From contig JBITNC010000001.1 in NCBI GenBank assembly GCA_050084985.1, positions 135,594,001-135,658,000 on the forward strand: DNA of 64,000 nt, written 5' to 3'. Shown here piece by piece: positions 48,201 through 60,800 of this stretch (position 1 is the stretch's first letter; the number at the start of each line of letters is the position of its first letter). Made by a program: the position numbers and the translations under genes. Under the pieces are notes generated by a model, which was not told the origin of the DNA, ran no database searches, and saw only the letters and a list, made by a program, of their open reading frames with translations. Source of the stretch: Nageia nagi. Taxonomy: Eukaryota; Plantae; Pinophyta.

Positions 48201-50023
48201 CTAGCAAATGATGAAGCAAAAGGCAAGTTTGAATCCAATTGATGGGACCATATGTTGTAGTTGAAGCAACAGTATTAGGAGCATACAAATTATCATCCAT
48301 GGATGGAAAGGAAGAACCAAACACATTCAATTCCATCCATCTTAAATGTTTCTATGCCTAGAGAAGATAACTTTATGCCTTGCAAATCATTCCACTCATA
48401 TCTACAAAATTTCAATAATCCCATGACGCTAGCGGCATGTGTTACTATCTACATGATGTTAACAACATGGGAAAAAGTAAAAAAAAAAGAGAAAAAAATA
48501 AAAGAAAAGAAAAATAAAACAATGACAACATAATGTCTTCATATCATAGACATAAAACGTATGATTGTCAATGGCCAATGACATAGCTAGTGAGAGTTCA
48601 CTCAAAAGTAAAATGACAATGCAACTGTGAGCAAGATGTTGACATTGGATAATCTCCAATGGATGATGCAACTTGTTGTGTATCCATATGGTTTTTTATT
48701 TGAACCCATCCAAAGCATAATATCTTCAAATCATATAAATAAATGTATGATCATCGATGGTAATCGATACGATTAGTGAGAGTTCACTCACTTAAAAGAA
48801 AAATTGATGATGCAGTCATTAATGTATTGTTGACATTGACTCATCATTAATGGATGATGCAAATCATTTTGCATCCACCCCATTGTTATGACTAACACAT
48901 CATTATAGGTTTCTATAAGAAAATACAAAAAAACCCATGCTATCAGTGGTGTGCACACTATTCCCTACACCACTAGCAACATCCATTTCATCTTAGTTAA
49001 AGTAGATCCTCCCTATTTCAAGGCATGGACATAAGTGAAAATGGTTCTTGAGTATCAAAAATGATAGAATGGATAGATTCATAGTTTAAGCAATACAAGG
49101 GGAAAGAACACATCTTCCATCTCCAAAATTGGACATGGGACCATCCACCTATACCATCACATTCATTTCCATCATCTATACAACATCATTCTTGGAGAGA
49201 GACTCTTCATCAAAGTTTTACCTTGGTTGCACCATTTAAGGATCTTTCCTAGGGCATCCAAGTCAAAAGGGGCAATAAAGAACCCTCATCTTCATCATCT
49301 CCAACAAGGGGAACTACAACAAAGAGTTCAAAGTTCTCAAAAAAATTTCTTCTACACTTCTTCTTTAGACATGTAATTTCATTGCTTCAATCACACCTCC
49401 AAATAATGGCAAAATGTAGATGCCTAAAAATGAATTATTATTTATTAAATAATTCATTTTAGAGCCTTAATTATATATTATGTAAAAAGGGGTTAAAAAT
49501 TTCCAAAGCTATGTAATTTATGTAATGGACCCTTGTGGCATGTACAAGGGGTCAAAAAGATCAAAGTCATGTAAGCATGTATTGTATATAAAGGCATAAA
49601 ATGTTGACCTTAAACTTTATAGGAAAATAAATATAAGAAGGATTATAGAGAGATTATAGCACATATTACATCACTCTGTTATGTGAAAACATTATTCATA
49701 AGTTATATCTCATTTTTGGTATCTGATGATTCTTTCATTCATTCATCGCTACATTCTTGATTACATCTATTATATTTCTTATTTTAGGCCGTTAGCAGTA
49801 TACCTCTTTTAGGCTACCAACAATGTGCAATTGAATGAATGTATGCTCATCTTTTATGTATGTTTCTCTTAATAGAATGAACATGCAATATAATTAAGAA
49901 CAAATATATTTTTGTTATTTATTATTGCCATATTTTAGATATATGAAATAATAAAAATAAAGTAGACCAATAGTGCATTAATTAACCCCCATTAATAATT
50001 ATATGCATTATTTTGGGTGTACA
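42249..50023 (+). mobile_element. Ty3/gypsy Ogre/Tat-clade LTR retrotransposon (7,775 bp), both LTRs present, coding region decayed
   Basis: LTRs 42249-42881 and 49415-50023, TSD CCAAT (42244-42248, 50024-50028), PBS TGGTGAACCCG. Domains: gag (QWFYSL), G-patch ~44530-44615, RT (FSGYNQI...MPFGLKN...YFDE), RNase H, additional RNase H (YFDGS...TNNMAKYEAL...GDSQLV), integrase (AHNGLCGGH, DNGSNF, PQGNGQAE). Confidence 0.95.
48530..48890 (+). repeat. ~190-bp tandem repeat (about 2 units) in the Ogre/Tat 3' UTR
   Basis: TAGTGAGAGTTCACTCA...TTGACATTG...ATGGATGATGCAA at ~48587 and ~48774. Confidence 0.75.
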
Positions 50024-50028
50024 CCAAT

Positions 50029-52465
50029 CATTCTCTTAGGAGCAAAGGTGCTATCACTTTCATTTCTTCAAGATGGTGCTTGAATGTTGTTTCTTGGGAG
50101 ATGGACCCCTCCAACCAAGCAATTTGGATCTTGCTAGATTTGTAGGGCAAGCCTTTTGGTATTATCAATATCTATGCATCCAATGATATGCATAAGCAGT
50201 GTACTTTATGGAGGTGGCTTGCTTTGTCACTTCCCTTTGCCACTTGGATTCTCTGTGGGGACTTCAATATGGTGGAAAATAGTTAGATAAGAAAATTCAA
50301 CCCCCTTGGCAGTGGAGTGTGGGAGAAAGAGAGGCTTGGTTTTTCATGAAAAACAAACTAAGTATCTTTGATCTGAATTTTTTTTTCACTCCTAAAGTTT
50401 TTCCAAAAGCTCAATGGTTTACTTGGTCCAATTTTTAAAATGGTGATGCTCAAGTTCTTAAGAGGTTGGATCGTGTTATGCTTTCAAAAAGTGACTCCTT
50501 CCATTTTTTTTTGTATTTCACCTTTAAATTGCTTTGTGATATTTTTCCTTGGTACCACCTTGTCTGATCATGCTCCTATATTATTTGACATCTTTCAAGA
50601 TCACACTTCCTGTAGAAATTTTACTTCATATTTCTATCTTAATGTTTCCTTTTTTCAAAGTGATTCCATGAGAGCCCATATCTTTTGCATTTGGAATCTC
50701 ATTCATCAACCTTTTAGGAATTCAGGGTGGATTCAATGGTGGAATGATGCCATCACTAGAATCACTTCTAGTCTTTGCACCATTGGTGTTGAGGTTGCTA
50801 AGAGGAGAAGGAAAGGTAACATTTCTCTTCGAGCAGATCTTGCAAGAACCACCCATAGACTAGAGGGTAGTCCTTTTAGTCAACTTGCTCAAGCTTATGT
50901 TGTAACTTTATGATATGAAATTAGAAAAGTTGAGTTGTATGAAGTCAAGGAGCTTAGCTACAAGCTAAACTGAATTAGATCAAAGTGGGTGATAGGGTCT
51001 CTAAGGAATTTTTTAAATTCCTTTGCCCTCCTTTCATACCACTCAGTTTCATGCTATTCAAGAAGAAGGGGTCCATTTTACCTCCCTTATTGATATCATT
51101 AACACTTTTGTTGTCCATTACCAAATTTGTTTTCTACTCAACCTCTTATTGATACTCAGCAAAATACCATTAAGGAGTGCTACTCTGTTATACCTCTAAA
51201 ACTTTTTGAATCTTAGAGGGATATTTTTGATCATCTTATTTTCTTGAGGATATTAATATTGCTCTTTACGACATGGCTAATGAGAAAGCTCCTAGAATTG
51301 ATGGATTTCTTTGCAAGTTTTACAAAGAATTTTGGGATTTGGTTGGCTTTGATCTCCTTTGAGTGTACAAAGAAGCTATGGCCACTATCTTTCTAGGCCA
51401 TTTAATCAATAAAGGTAATATCAATTTCATTCCCAAGCAAGGAGACCCTAATATCATTACCAATTGGAGACATATAACTTTGTTAAATGTAAGTTATAAA
51501 ATTATTTCCAAAGATTTAGCTCTTAAGCTTAGATCATTGGTTCCTTTGATTGTTCAACCAAAGAAAATAGGTTTTGTAAAGGACCGTTATATCTTAGATA
51601 ATGTTATTGCTATCTAAGAAGGCATGTAATGGGCAAGGGTATTTGATCAAGAAGATTTGTTTATTAAAATTGATTTTGAAAAAAGCTATGAAAGAATTGA
51701 ATGACACTTTATATTATCCATGCTCTAGGCACTTGGGTTTGGCTTATTTTTCTTTAGTCAGTTTGAATGCTATTTTGATATGCCTCTATTGTTATTACTA
51801 TGAATGATGTTTGGTCCCCTTGCATTACCCTTGCCTACTCTATCTATTAAGTTTACCCTTTAGCCCCTTCCCTATTTATTTTAGCTATTGAGGCTTTTAG
51901 TTATCTTTTGGTACATAAATCTCAATAGGGTGTGATTTGAGAAATTGCTTTGCTTATCTCCTCCTTGAAGCTCATTAATGGCCATTTTGTTGATGACTTA
52001 TTTTTAACTCTTCTTGAAGATGAGCAATTTTTTTTTATTGAATTTAGAGTGTTTGAATATTTTTTGTTGTGCCTTTGGCTTTAGTATTCAATGGTAGAAA
52101 AATTCCTACTTCATACATGCATCAAAACCTATGCCTCAATGGCTTAGCCTCTTTCCCTAGAAATGGATTCAACCTTGTGAGGTGTTTAAATTTATTAGCA
52201 TTCCCTTTTCCTTTCAGGCTTCCCCTACTCAGCTTTGGAACTTTGTTATTCAGAAGATTGAAAAAAATCTTAGGTATTGGACTACCGAAAAGATTTTTAT
52301 TATGGGGAGGTACCAAATTTGTATGAAGATCTTAGCTTATATTCATCTGTACTATTCCTCTTGTTATGTCCCTTCTAAAACATGCTACCAAGAATTGGAC
52401 AAGATTCTTAAAAATTTTATTTGGGCTTTTGATATCCAAAAAAGATGTTTTCGAGAATGACATGG
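50029..52465 (+). mobile_element. L1-clade LINE, 3' part (endonuclease plus RT), degenerate; continuation of 41190-42248
   Basis: INIYASN, CGDFNMV, LSDHAPI, NWRHITLLNVSYKIISK, IKIDFEKSYE. The frame joins across the TSD as FFHTN|HSLRSKG. Confidence 0.9.
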
Positions 52466-52469
52466 GTAG

Positions 52470-53980
52470 TACCTTGAAGTGAAAGCAAGTTACAAATAAA
52501 TTCAAGCCTAGTGTCAGTTGCTTTAACTTGTTGAAGATACAACACATCCCAACTACCCACATGGAAGGAAATTGAGTCTAAATCACTATGAACTTTATAT
52601 ATATGAACTAGGTCTGATAAATCTTTCATGTTCCAAGAGACAATAATAATTGAGAACTTTCAAGGTGCAAATTATCCTTCACATTAATAATATCATTTGA
52701 ATCCCCTAAGTCACCTAGGAATTCAAACACATTAACTACCTATGGAATGGGTGTTTCATTTCATTTTATTTTATGCAAAATAAAATCCTTATGAAGAGGG
52801 TTTCAAAAGATTATGCTACTATATCCTTAAAATGGAGACATAGAGTTAGAGCTTATGACCATTCTCCTTAAAGTATGCTAATTTAAGATTACTAAGGTAT
52901 AGCTTGGAGGTTGTATAATAGACATGCCATTTTAGGTGAAAGGAGATACTTCAATTTGAACCAAAAGTGGAATTAGGTGAGCTTTTGAGGGAACCAGCAC
53001 TTGGGCCTAACCATTTGACTAATGGTTTTGTTTGTTATTTATTAGGGTCTATCCATTTTGATTATCCTTATTTCCTTGTACTCTATTTCCTTTATTATTT
53101 TTTTGAGCAGCTTGACCATTTTATCTAACAATGTTACTTTAAGAATTTTGGCCATTATTTGTAGGAGTCAGGTTTTGTTGGAATCTATTAGCCATAAGCG
53201 AACAATCCTTAATCTCATGGTTCAAGTATTGACATCAAAAATAAGTGTTTGAGAGACCTATATCTGCACCCTCTAATGACACATCACATCCATGACTTCA
53301 ATGTCAACAAAAGTAAATATTTAGTAAGATCTACCTTGACACAAATTCAAATGGATGGCCTTGCTGCAAAGAACTTGGGTTCCTCAAAACATATACACTT
53401 GCTTAAAGGTTCAACAATATTATGTAGAAAACCCCAATAAGGTATGGGAAGATTTGGAAACTCTACCCATACATGCATTTCAATTCAGGAAACTTTATCC
53501 ACCATAAAGTCCTTGTTATATTCTTGTAGAATTAGAAGCAAATTCCTAACTGACCAAGTACCTTGGGAAAGTATTTTCTTAGCATGTTCTTCTTTGGAAA
53601 AGATAAATAAAAAATAGTCTTTGGCAAGGTTTTGGACAAAATCAATAACAACATCATGGGAACCCCAAACTTGGTTGAACTAGGATCTTAGCAAAGTATC
53701 ATTTGGGATTCGACCCAAAAAATAACCAATAATAATATGCTTCTTATACCACTCACATGAAATTTAAAAATATGAATAGGAATTGAGACCTTAGGCACAT
53801 AATTGTTACCTCATGGAATACTTTCGGGATAAATTTCCTGGATCTTTTCTTGAGTGCCATTGCTTGCATTCCTCACTTTAGTGGCTCCAAAATTTACCAG
53901 ACTAGACTTTCGAGCATACATTATAATAGATGTTGGACCTTTGCCCATGTCAGATTTACTCAATGATAAATCAACCATAC
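52470..53980 (-). mobile_element. Second L1 fragment (ORF1 plus endonuclease start), convergent with the + strand L1
   Basis: Minus strand YFLFIFSKEEHAKKILSQGTWSV, CICFEEPKFFAARPSI*ICVKVDLTK, and ORF2 start VSWNMKDL at ~52640. Confidence 0.75.
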
Positions 53981-54097
53981 TACTCTTTAATTAATTACAA
54001 TGTGATGATAGAAATGCCCTAAGCTCGAATATGTAACCATGTAAGACAAATCTATTGGCAAAACATAGAAACCTACTACATTTGAAATCAATGTTTA

Positions 54098-54212
<115 letters not shown>

Positions 54213-55320
54213 AATATAGAACTTATATTTTGTTTACCTTTCAATATATTATACTTGGAAAACTATAGTAAACCATTACATATATCTCATACTAAGAAGG
54301 GAACATGAGACATAGGTTGCAACAATGTCAACACATGATCAACTCAACACAAAACCTTAAAATGTTAATGACCATGATCCAAAAATCTCATTAAATCACA
54401 TATTTATCCAAATTTCTCATTAAACCAAATATTTGATTATTTATAATTCTTAATTGATTGATAGACATTATTATGAATAATCATACCATATTTTAATTTT
54501 TATTAATATAATCATCAGTAAAGAATTATAAGAAAGGTGGATCTTTCTCACCGTGGTCGTTGCCTAAGGCATAGGTGGTCATGGACCCAAGGATGATTTG
54601 GGAATAAAAGGGGAATTATCCAAGCAATTAATTAGTTTATTTGGAGGCTTTTATGTCATACTATGTTTTGGGAAATACATGTTTTATGGACATGCCCAGA
54701 CTGTAACATGGAATTTGGGCACTAGTATGAGTCTATGATACAATTAGAATACTCAATAGAAAAGGTTAATATTTAACTTAATATATTTAATAAATAAATT
54801 TAATTAATATATGATATACAATTTATTTATTACAAAAATTAAATTTATTCTTAATTTTATTTTCGTAATTAATTTCTTCCTCTCATTTTACCTTTTACTC
54901 CTATGAGATATATCTCTTCAAATAATTGTGTTCATTATGAGAATCATAAATTAAGAGTTTTCAACAAAATCAAACTGCATATATTATAATTTGTATAATA
55001 GCATTTTTTTAATTAAACCTATTTAAAATTGATTACTAATCTAACACTTGAAAATTAATTAAACAATTCAATAGAAATAATGCTTAACTTCCTAATGTAC
55101 AAGTTATGATGTTTCAAATTATCTTTTACTTTCTTTATGATTTTTCTTTTGTACACTTCCTCATGTATTAATTTTTTTTTTGATGAAATCACCCTTGCAG
55201 GCTAATTTTTTGGAATTAGATTCTGTGTCTGATGGGTTCTTTTCTATCAAACTCATCGGAGAGTCGCATCTAGCCTTGAGCATCCATGCCAACATGGTCA
55301 CCCATTAGTTGGACTTTGCA

Positions 55321-55427
55321 TATCCATATGATGTGAGGGGAGAGAGTTTTGAACTTGGGACCTCCCTTTTTCAACTTGAGAGTTTTATCTTCCCAGTCCT
55401 CTCCAACTCCCCTCACATCATTGGATA
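55321..55427. mobile_element. 107-bp foldback mini-element with ~22-bp inverted ends and a tRNA-like core
   Basis: TATCCATATGATGTGAGGGGAG ... CTCCCCTCACATCATTGGATA. The minus strand has a B-box-like GAGGTCCCAAGTTCAAAAC. Confidence 0.7.
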
Positions 55428-57642
55428 TGATATTAATACCTCATGGTACTTATTCTATATAATTATTGTTGCTTTGTCTATTCTTATTGATTAAAATCTT
55501 ACCCTATAAAATTATTAAAGTTAATAAAATGTAAATACAAAATTAAAACATGCTTGATCCATTTATCACATAACTTATTCTAAAGTATTATATCAATTTC
55601 AAGTGGCCACTATGCTAGTCTCTCTTCATGGGTGTTCATTTTTAATTTCTTGTATCAAAATCCAACAATATAAGTTGCAAAATCATTTATAAGATGTGTT
55701 AGTATTATTTACAAATTAAGTAAATAATAATGATTACCATCAACTTTACATAAATATAACTTTTTTTTTTTAATCTTTTTTATGCCTTATATAATGTAAG
55801 TTTCAACTATACTAATATTCTAAGATAAGATAAATCTTTGATTGTCATTTCAAACCCAAAGGTTTGTAGGACCTCTCAAAATTTTTCCATAGAATAAAAG
55901 AAATAAAATATATCAATTAAGTATCTAAATGATTGTTTCTCATATATTAAGTTGTATAATAAAATTGGCAAGCTTATTTTGATATTCTTGGTTTAAGAAT
56001 TCATGGATTAAGTTGTAATCATAAATAATTTTGTAGGTTTCTCTTATTCTTTGTAGAGTGGCCAAAAAAAGAGAAAATGAGTATCATATTTCACGATATT
56101 TAGGTTACAAAATTTACAAATTGTTTTATATCAAGGTATTTTTGGTATTGTCCATCTACCAGTTTCACTATAAAGTTCATGTGAATTAGTTTTTAATTTA
56201 GCAACCACATGTTTCTTTTTGAATATAATAATTTTATTTGGACATGAAGAATGTTCAAATTTTGGATTAATGATATTTTTATAGAAAGAGATTTTTTTTT
56301 ATTATCTTTGATGTGATCATTCTATTTTTTTTAATTATTTTATTTGCAATTTGTAATTCTAATTTGTCGATATGGGAAGGCATTATATATATATATTTTT
56401 AGTATTTTTAGGGTTTATATTGTTGTGTAAACCCCAAAAATTAATCCATTTATCAAAGTATTTCAGCCAACCTCTTTTAATAGGTTAATAAGTTGGGAAA
56501 TTTTGTTGGAAAACTATAGGTAATCTAATGTGATTTGGTTTTGAAAGATTATAATTGTATAATATATATCATTTTAAGCTTTACTTTCAATAGGAAGTAA
56601 CCCAACTTCCATGAAAAGTATATGATAATGTATGCTATTTTTAATTTTAAAGTTATAAAGCATAAATTATTTTTGAATTTTCTAAAGTTTATTCTATGTT
56701 TATCAAGAAATAATTCCACCCTATACTTCACAATGATAAAGTAATATTGAAATTTCAAGGCATGAGAAAAGAGTTTTCTTTTTATCCTAGTTTTAGAAGG
56801 CTTTCCACCTATCCGATAGTCGTTGTTCAACACTTAAGTTCCAATTTGATTTATGATTTATATGAATACTTAACTATTTATAATAATGAACTAACTCTAA
56901 GGGTTGAATATTAAAGAGAATTGTAGGGTGAGCTATGTTTTTAGATTTAATGATCATAATTTTTGTTTTATATACATTAACAATTAATCTAGATATATTG
57001 AAAAATATTTGAAGGGTATTTAATGATTTTACAAGATCATTATAATGTTTAGTTATTAAGATAATTACGTTAAGGAGAAGAAAAATAATAATGTTACAGA
57101 GGTTGATCCATATACATTTAGCTTCTTAAAAAAACAATTCTAGTTGGTCTATATAAATACCAAAATGAGTTGGGGAAAGTAGACAACCTATTTTAACTCT
57201 AATATTGAGACTAATTTCCTTAGACCATTCTTAACTGATTTTAATTTTGGAAATAACTTATTTATAAAGTATATAAACAATTAATCTTATTTGAAAATGT
57301 AAATCTAAATCACCCATAAGAGTTTACCCCTAGGAACATTATCGAATGGTTTTTCAATATCTAAAAAGCAAGAAAATAAATCTTCTTTATTATTTCGATA
57401 ATTTTCAACAATAACTTAAAAAGTGAAAATGTGATCAATTATTGAATGTTTTCTTCTAAAAACAACTTATCCTTTAGTTCTTAAATTATTGTCATCAAGC
57501 TAAATACTAACTTTATTTCCTATAATACTACCATAAAATTTGGTGAGAAGAGAACTTATCATAATAGTTCTATAATTTGATGGCTCTAATTTTATAAATA
57601 GGAGCTATTGAGCTAACAATCTATTTGCTTAAGGAATCCTTC

Positions 57643-57897
57643 TATAGACCCAAAATAATGCATATAATTGTTAATGGGGGTTAATTAATGCACTATTGGT
57701 CTATTTTATTTTTATTATCACATATATCTGAAATATGGCATTAATGAATAACAAAATAATACTTGTGTTTAATTAGATTGGATGTTCATTCCATTAAGAG
57801 AAACATACATGAAATACAAGCATACATTCATTAAATTGCACATTGTTGGTAGCCTAAAAGAGGTACACTGCTAGCGATCTAAAATAAGCAATATAAT
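57643..57897 (-). mobile_element. Partial LTR of the same Ogre/Tat family, abutting the next element
   Basis: Reverse complement of the last ~255 bp of the 49415-50023 LTR. It stops at AAGCAATATAAT, where a new LTR begins with TGTAG. Confidence 0.8.
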
Positions 57898-60800
57898 TGT
57901 AGTCCCAAAATAATGCAATTAATTATGTATGGGGGTTACTTAATGCACTATTGGTCTACTTACTTCTTATTGATGCATATATCTAAAATATGGAAATAAT
58001 GCATAACAAAAAGATGTTTATGCTTAATTAGATCAAATGTTCATTCTGTAAAGAGAAACATACACAAAAGATAAGCATACATTCATTCAATTGCACACCG
58101 TTAGCATCCTATACTTGACATGCCCCTGATGGTTTAAGATAAGCAATATAACATATGCAATAAAGAATGTAGCGATGAGTGAATGAAAGAATCATCAGAT
58201 AACAAACATAATATATAACTTACAAATAATATTTGCACATAAGAGAGTGATGTATCATGTGCTAGAATCTCTCTTGAGTCCTCCTCATATTTATTTTCTT
58301 GTAAGGTTTAAGGTCATCAATTGATGCCTTTATATATGATACAAGTTTATATGAGTTTGATCTTTTTGACCTCTTGTACCTACCACAAGGGTCCAATATT
58401 TCTATCATATAGCTTTATCATAACTTAGGGTATTATTTTAATCCATTTTTACATAATGCATCATTAAGGCTTTAAAATGAATTATGTAATAAATAATAAT
58501 TCATTTTAGGCATCTACATTTGCCCCTCTTTGGAGATGTGATCAAAGAAATGAAATTTCATGTCCAAAGAAGAAGTGTAGAAGAATAGTTTTTGAGAACT
58601 TTGAGGTCTTTATTGTACTGTCCCTTGTTGTTATTGTTGTTTATGAGGGTCCCTTACTAGCCCCTTTTATCTTGGATGTCACAAACAATATCCTTGAATG
58701 ATGAAACCAAGGAAAAATCTAATAAATAATCTCTCTCTAGAAATGATGCTATGTAAATAATCTCTCTCCAGAAATGATGCTATGTAGATGATGGAAATGA
58801 CTGTGCTATCAGGTAGATGTATTATCCCATATCCAATTTTAGAGATGGAAGATGTATTTTTTCTCCTTGGACTGCTTCAACCATGAATCTAACCACTTTT
58901 TCATTTATGATACTTAGAAACCATTCACACTTACATCCATGCCTTGAAATAGAGAGGATCTACTTTGATTGAGCTAAAATGGTGATGAAATAGACACTAT
59001 TGGTAGCATAGGGAATAGTGTGCACACCGTTAACAATGTGGAATTCTTTGTATTTTCTTCTTTTGTTTGGGATGTATAAACCTGTAATAGAAATTTAATC
59101 ATAAAAATATGATGGATACATAGTGAGTTGCATCATATATTGATGATGAGTCAATGTCAGCAATCTAGTTATGATTGCATCATTGATTTATCTTTTAAGT
59201 GCGCTACTCATGGTTGCATCATTGGTTTATCTTTTAAGTGAGTGAACTCTTACTAGCCATGTCGTTGGTCATCAATGATCATAAATTTTATGTCTATTAT
59301 CCAAAGATAGTATGCTTTATATTAGTTCAAAGCAAAAACCATGTGGATACAAAGTAAGTTGTATCATCCATTAATGATGAGTCAATTTCCACAACTTGCT
59401 CATGGCTATATCGCTAGTTTACTTTTAATTGAGTGAATTCTCACTAGCCATGTTGTTGGCCATCAATGATCATATGTTTTATATATATAATTCAAATACA
59501 TTATGATTTGGATTGGTTCAAAGCAAAAACCATGTGGATACACAACAAGTTGTATCATCTATTGGAGATGATCCAATGTCAGTGTCTTACTCATGGTTGC
59601 ATCATCGTTTTTCTTTTAAGTGAGTGAACTCTCACTAGTCATGTCATTGGATATTTATGATTATACATTTTATGTCTATGATCTAAATATATTAGATTAT
59701 TTCTTTTCTTTTTCATGCCATTGTAATTATGCTAACAATTTTCTATGATGCTGGTGGAGTACAAATCCTTGAATTTTTTTGAAATAAAATTATTTTATCT
59801 TCTACTAGTTAATTTTTGATTATTCATCATACTTTCAATTGAATATGAGATTATCTCCAGCTGATGCTTAAAAAGGGGTAAGGTAATCCATCTTTTCACA
59901 TGCGTGAAATGTGCCATAACCCAAATCCACCACATCACCATTTGGGCAATAGTCATGAATAAAAAATATATGGAAGAGAACAATGCTATTTAGAGCTATG
60001 ATAAATGTAGCACAAAATGTAGAGTGAAGTCTAAAAGAAGATATAATACTTCTCAAGTTTTTTTTTAATCATCATTTTTTTTTTGTGTACCATTGGTGGC
60101 CTACTTGTAGTGTACATCGTTAGTGACATGGGAAGTTTATTTTTTTGAAAAAATAAGAGTTTGCATGCCCTTTCTCATGAATTGTACATTTTGTAGGGCA
60201 TGAAATTATCATTTCTAAGCATAGAAACATTTAATATGGATGGAATTGAATGTCTTTGGTTCTTCTTTGCCATCCATAGATGATAGTCTATATGCACCTG
60301 ATCCTGTTGGATCAATTACAACATATTGGCCTAGCCAATTGGGCTCAAACTTACCTTTTGTTTCCTCATTTGTTGCTATTTTGTTAATGTATTCCTTCAA
60401 CACTAGATCTCCCATCTTGAATTCCTTTGCTTTGATTTTCTTCCCAAATGCTCTCTTAAGTTTTGCATGATATACTTTTTGATGTTCAATGGCTTTGATT
60501 CTCTTCTCATATAATGATTCTAGCTGTTGTAACCTTGCTTTTCTTGCATCTTCATTGGATATGCCACCTTGTAAGGAGATTCTAAGGGAGGGGATCTCCA
60601 ACTCAAGCAGGACAATAACTTCATCTTCATATAGTAATGAAACTAGTGTTACCCCAATGGCTATACGGATACTCGTTCTATATGCCCATAATGCATATGG
60701 TAATTGCTCATGCTAATGTTTTTTGTATTTATCCCATGTTTTGAAAAGTATTCTCTTTATTATCTTATTTTTGGCTTCAGCTTGACCATTAACTTAATGG

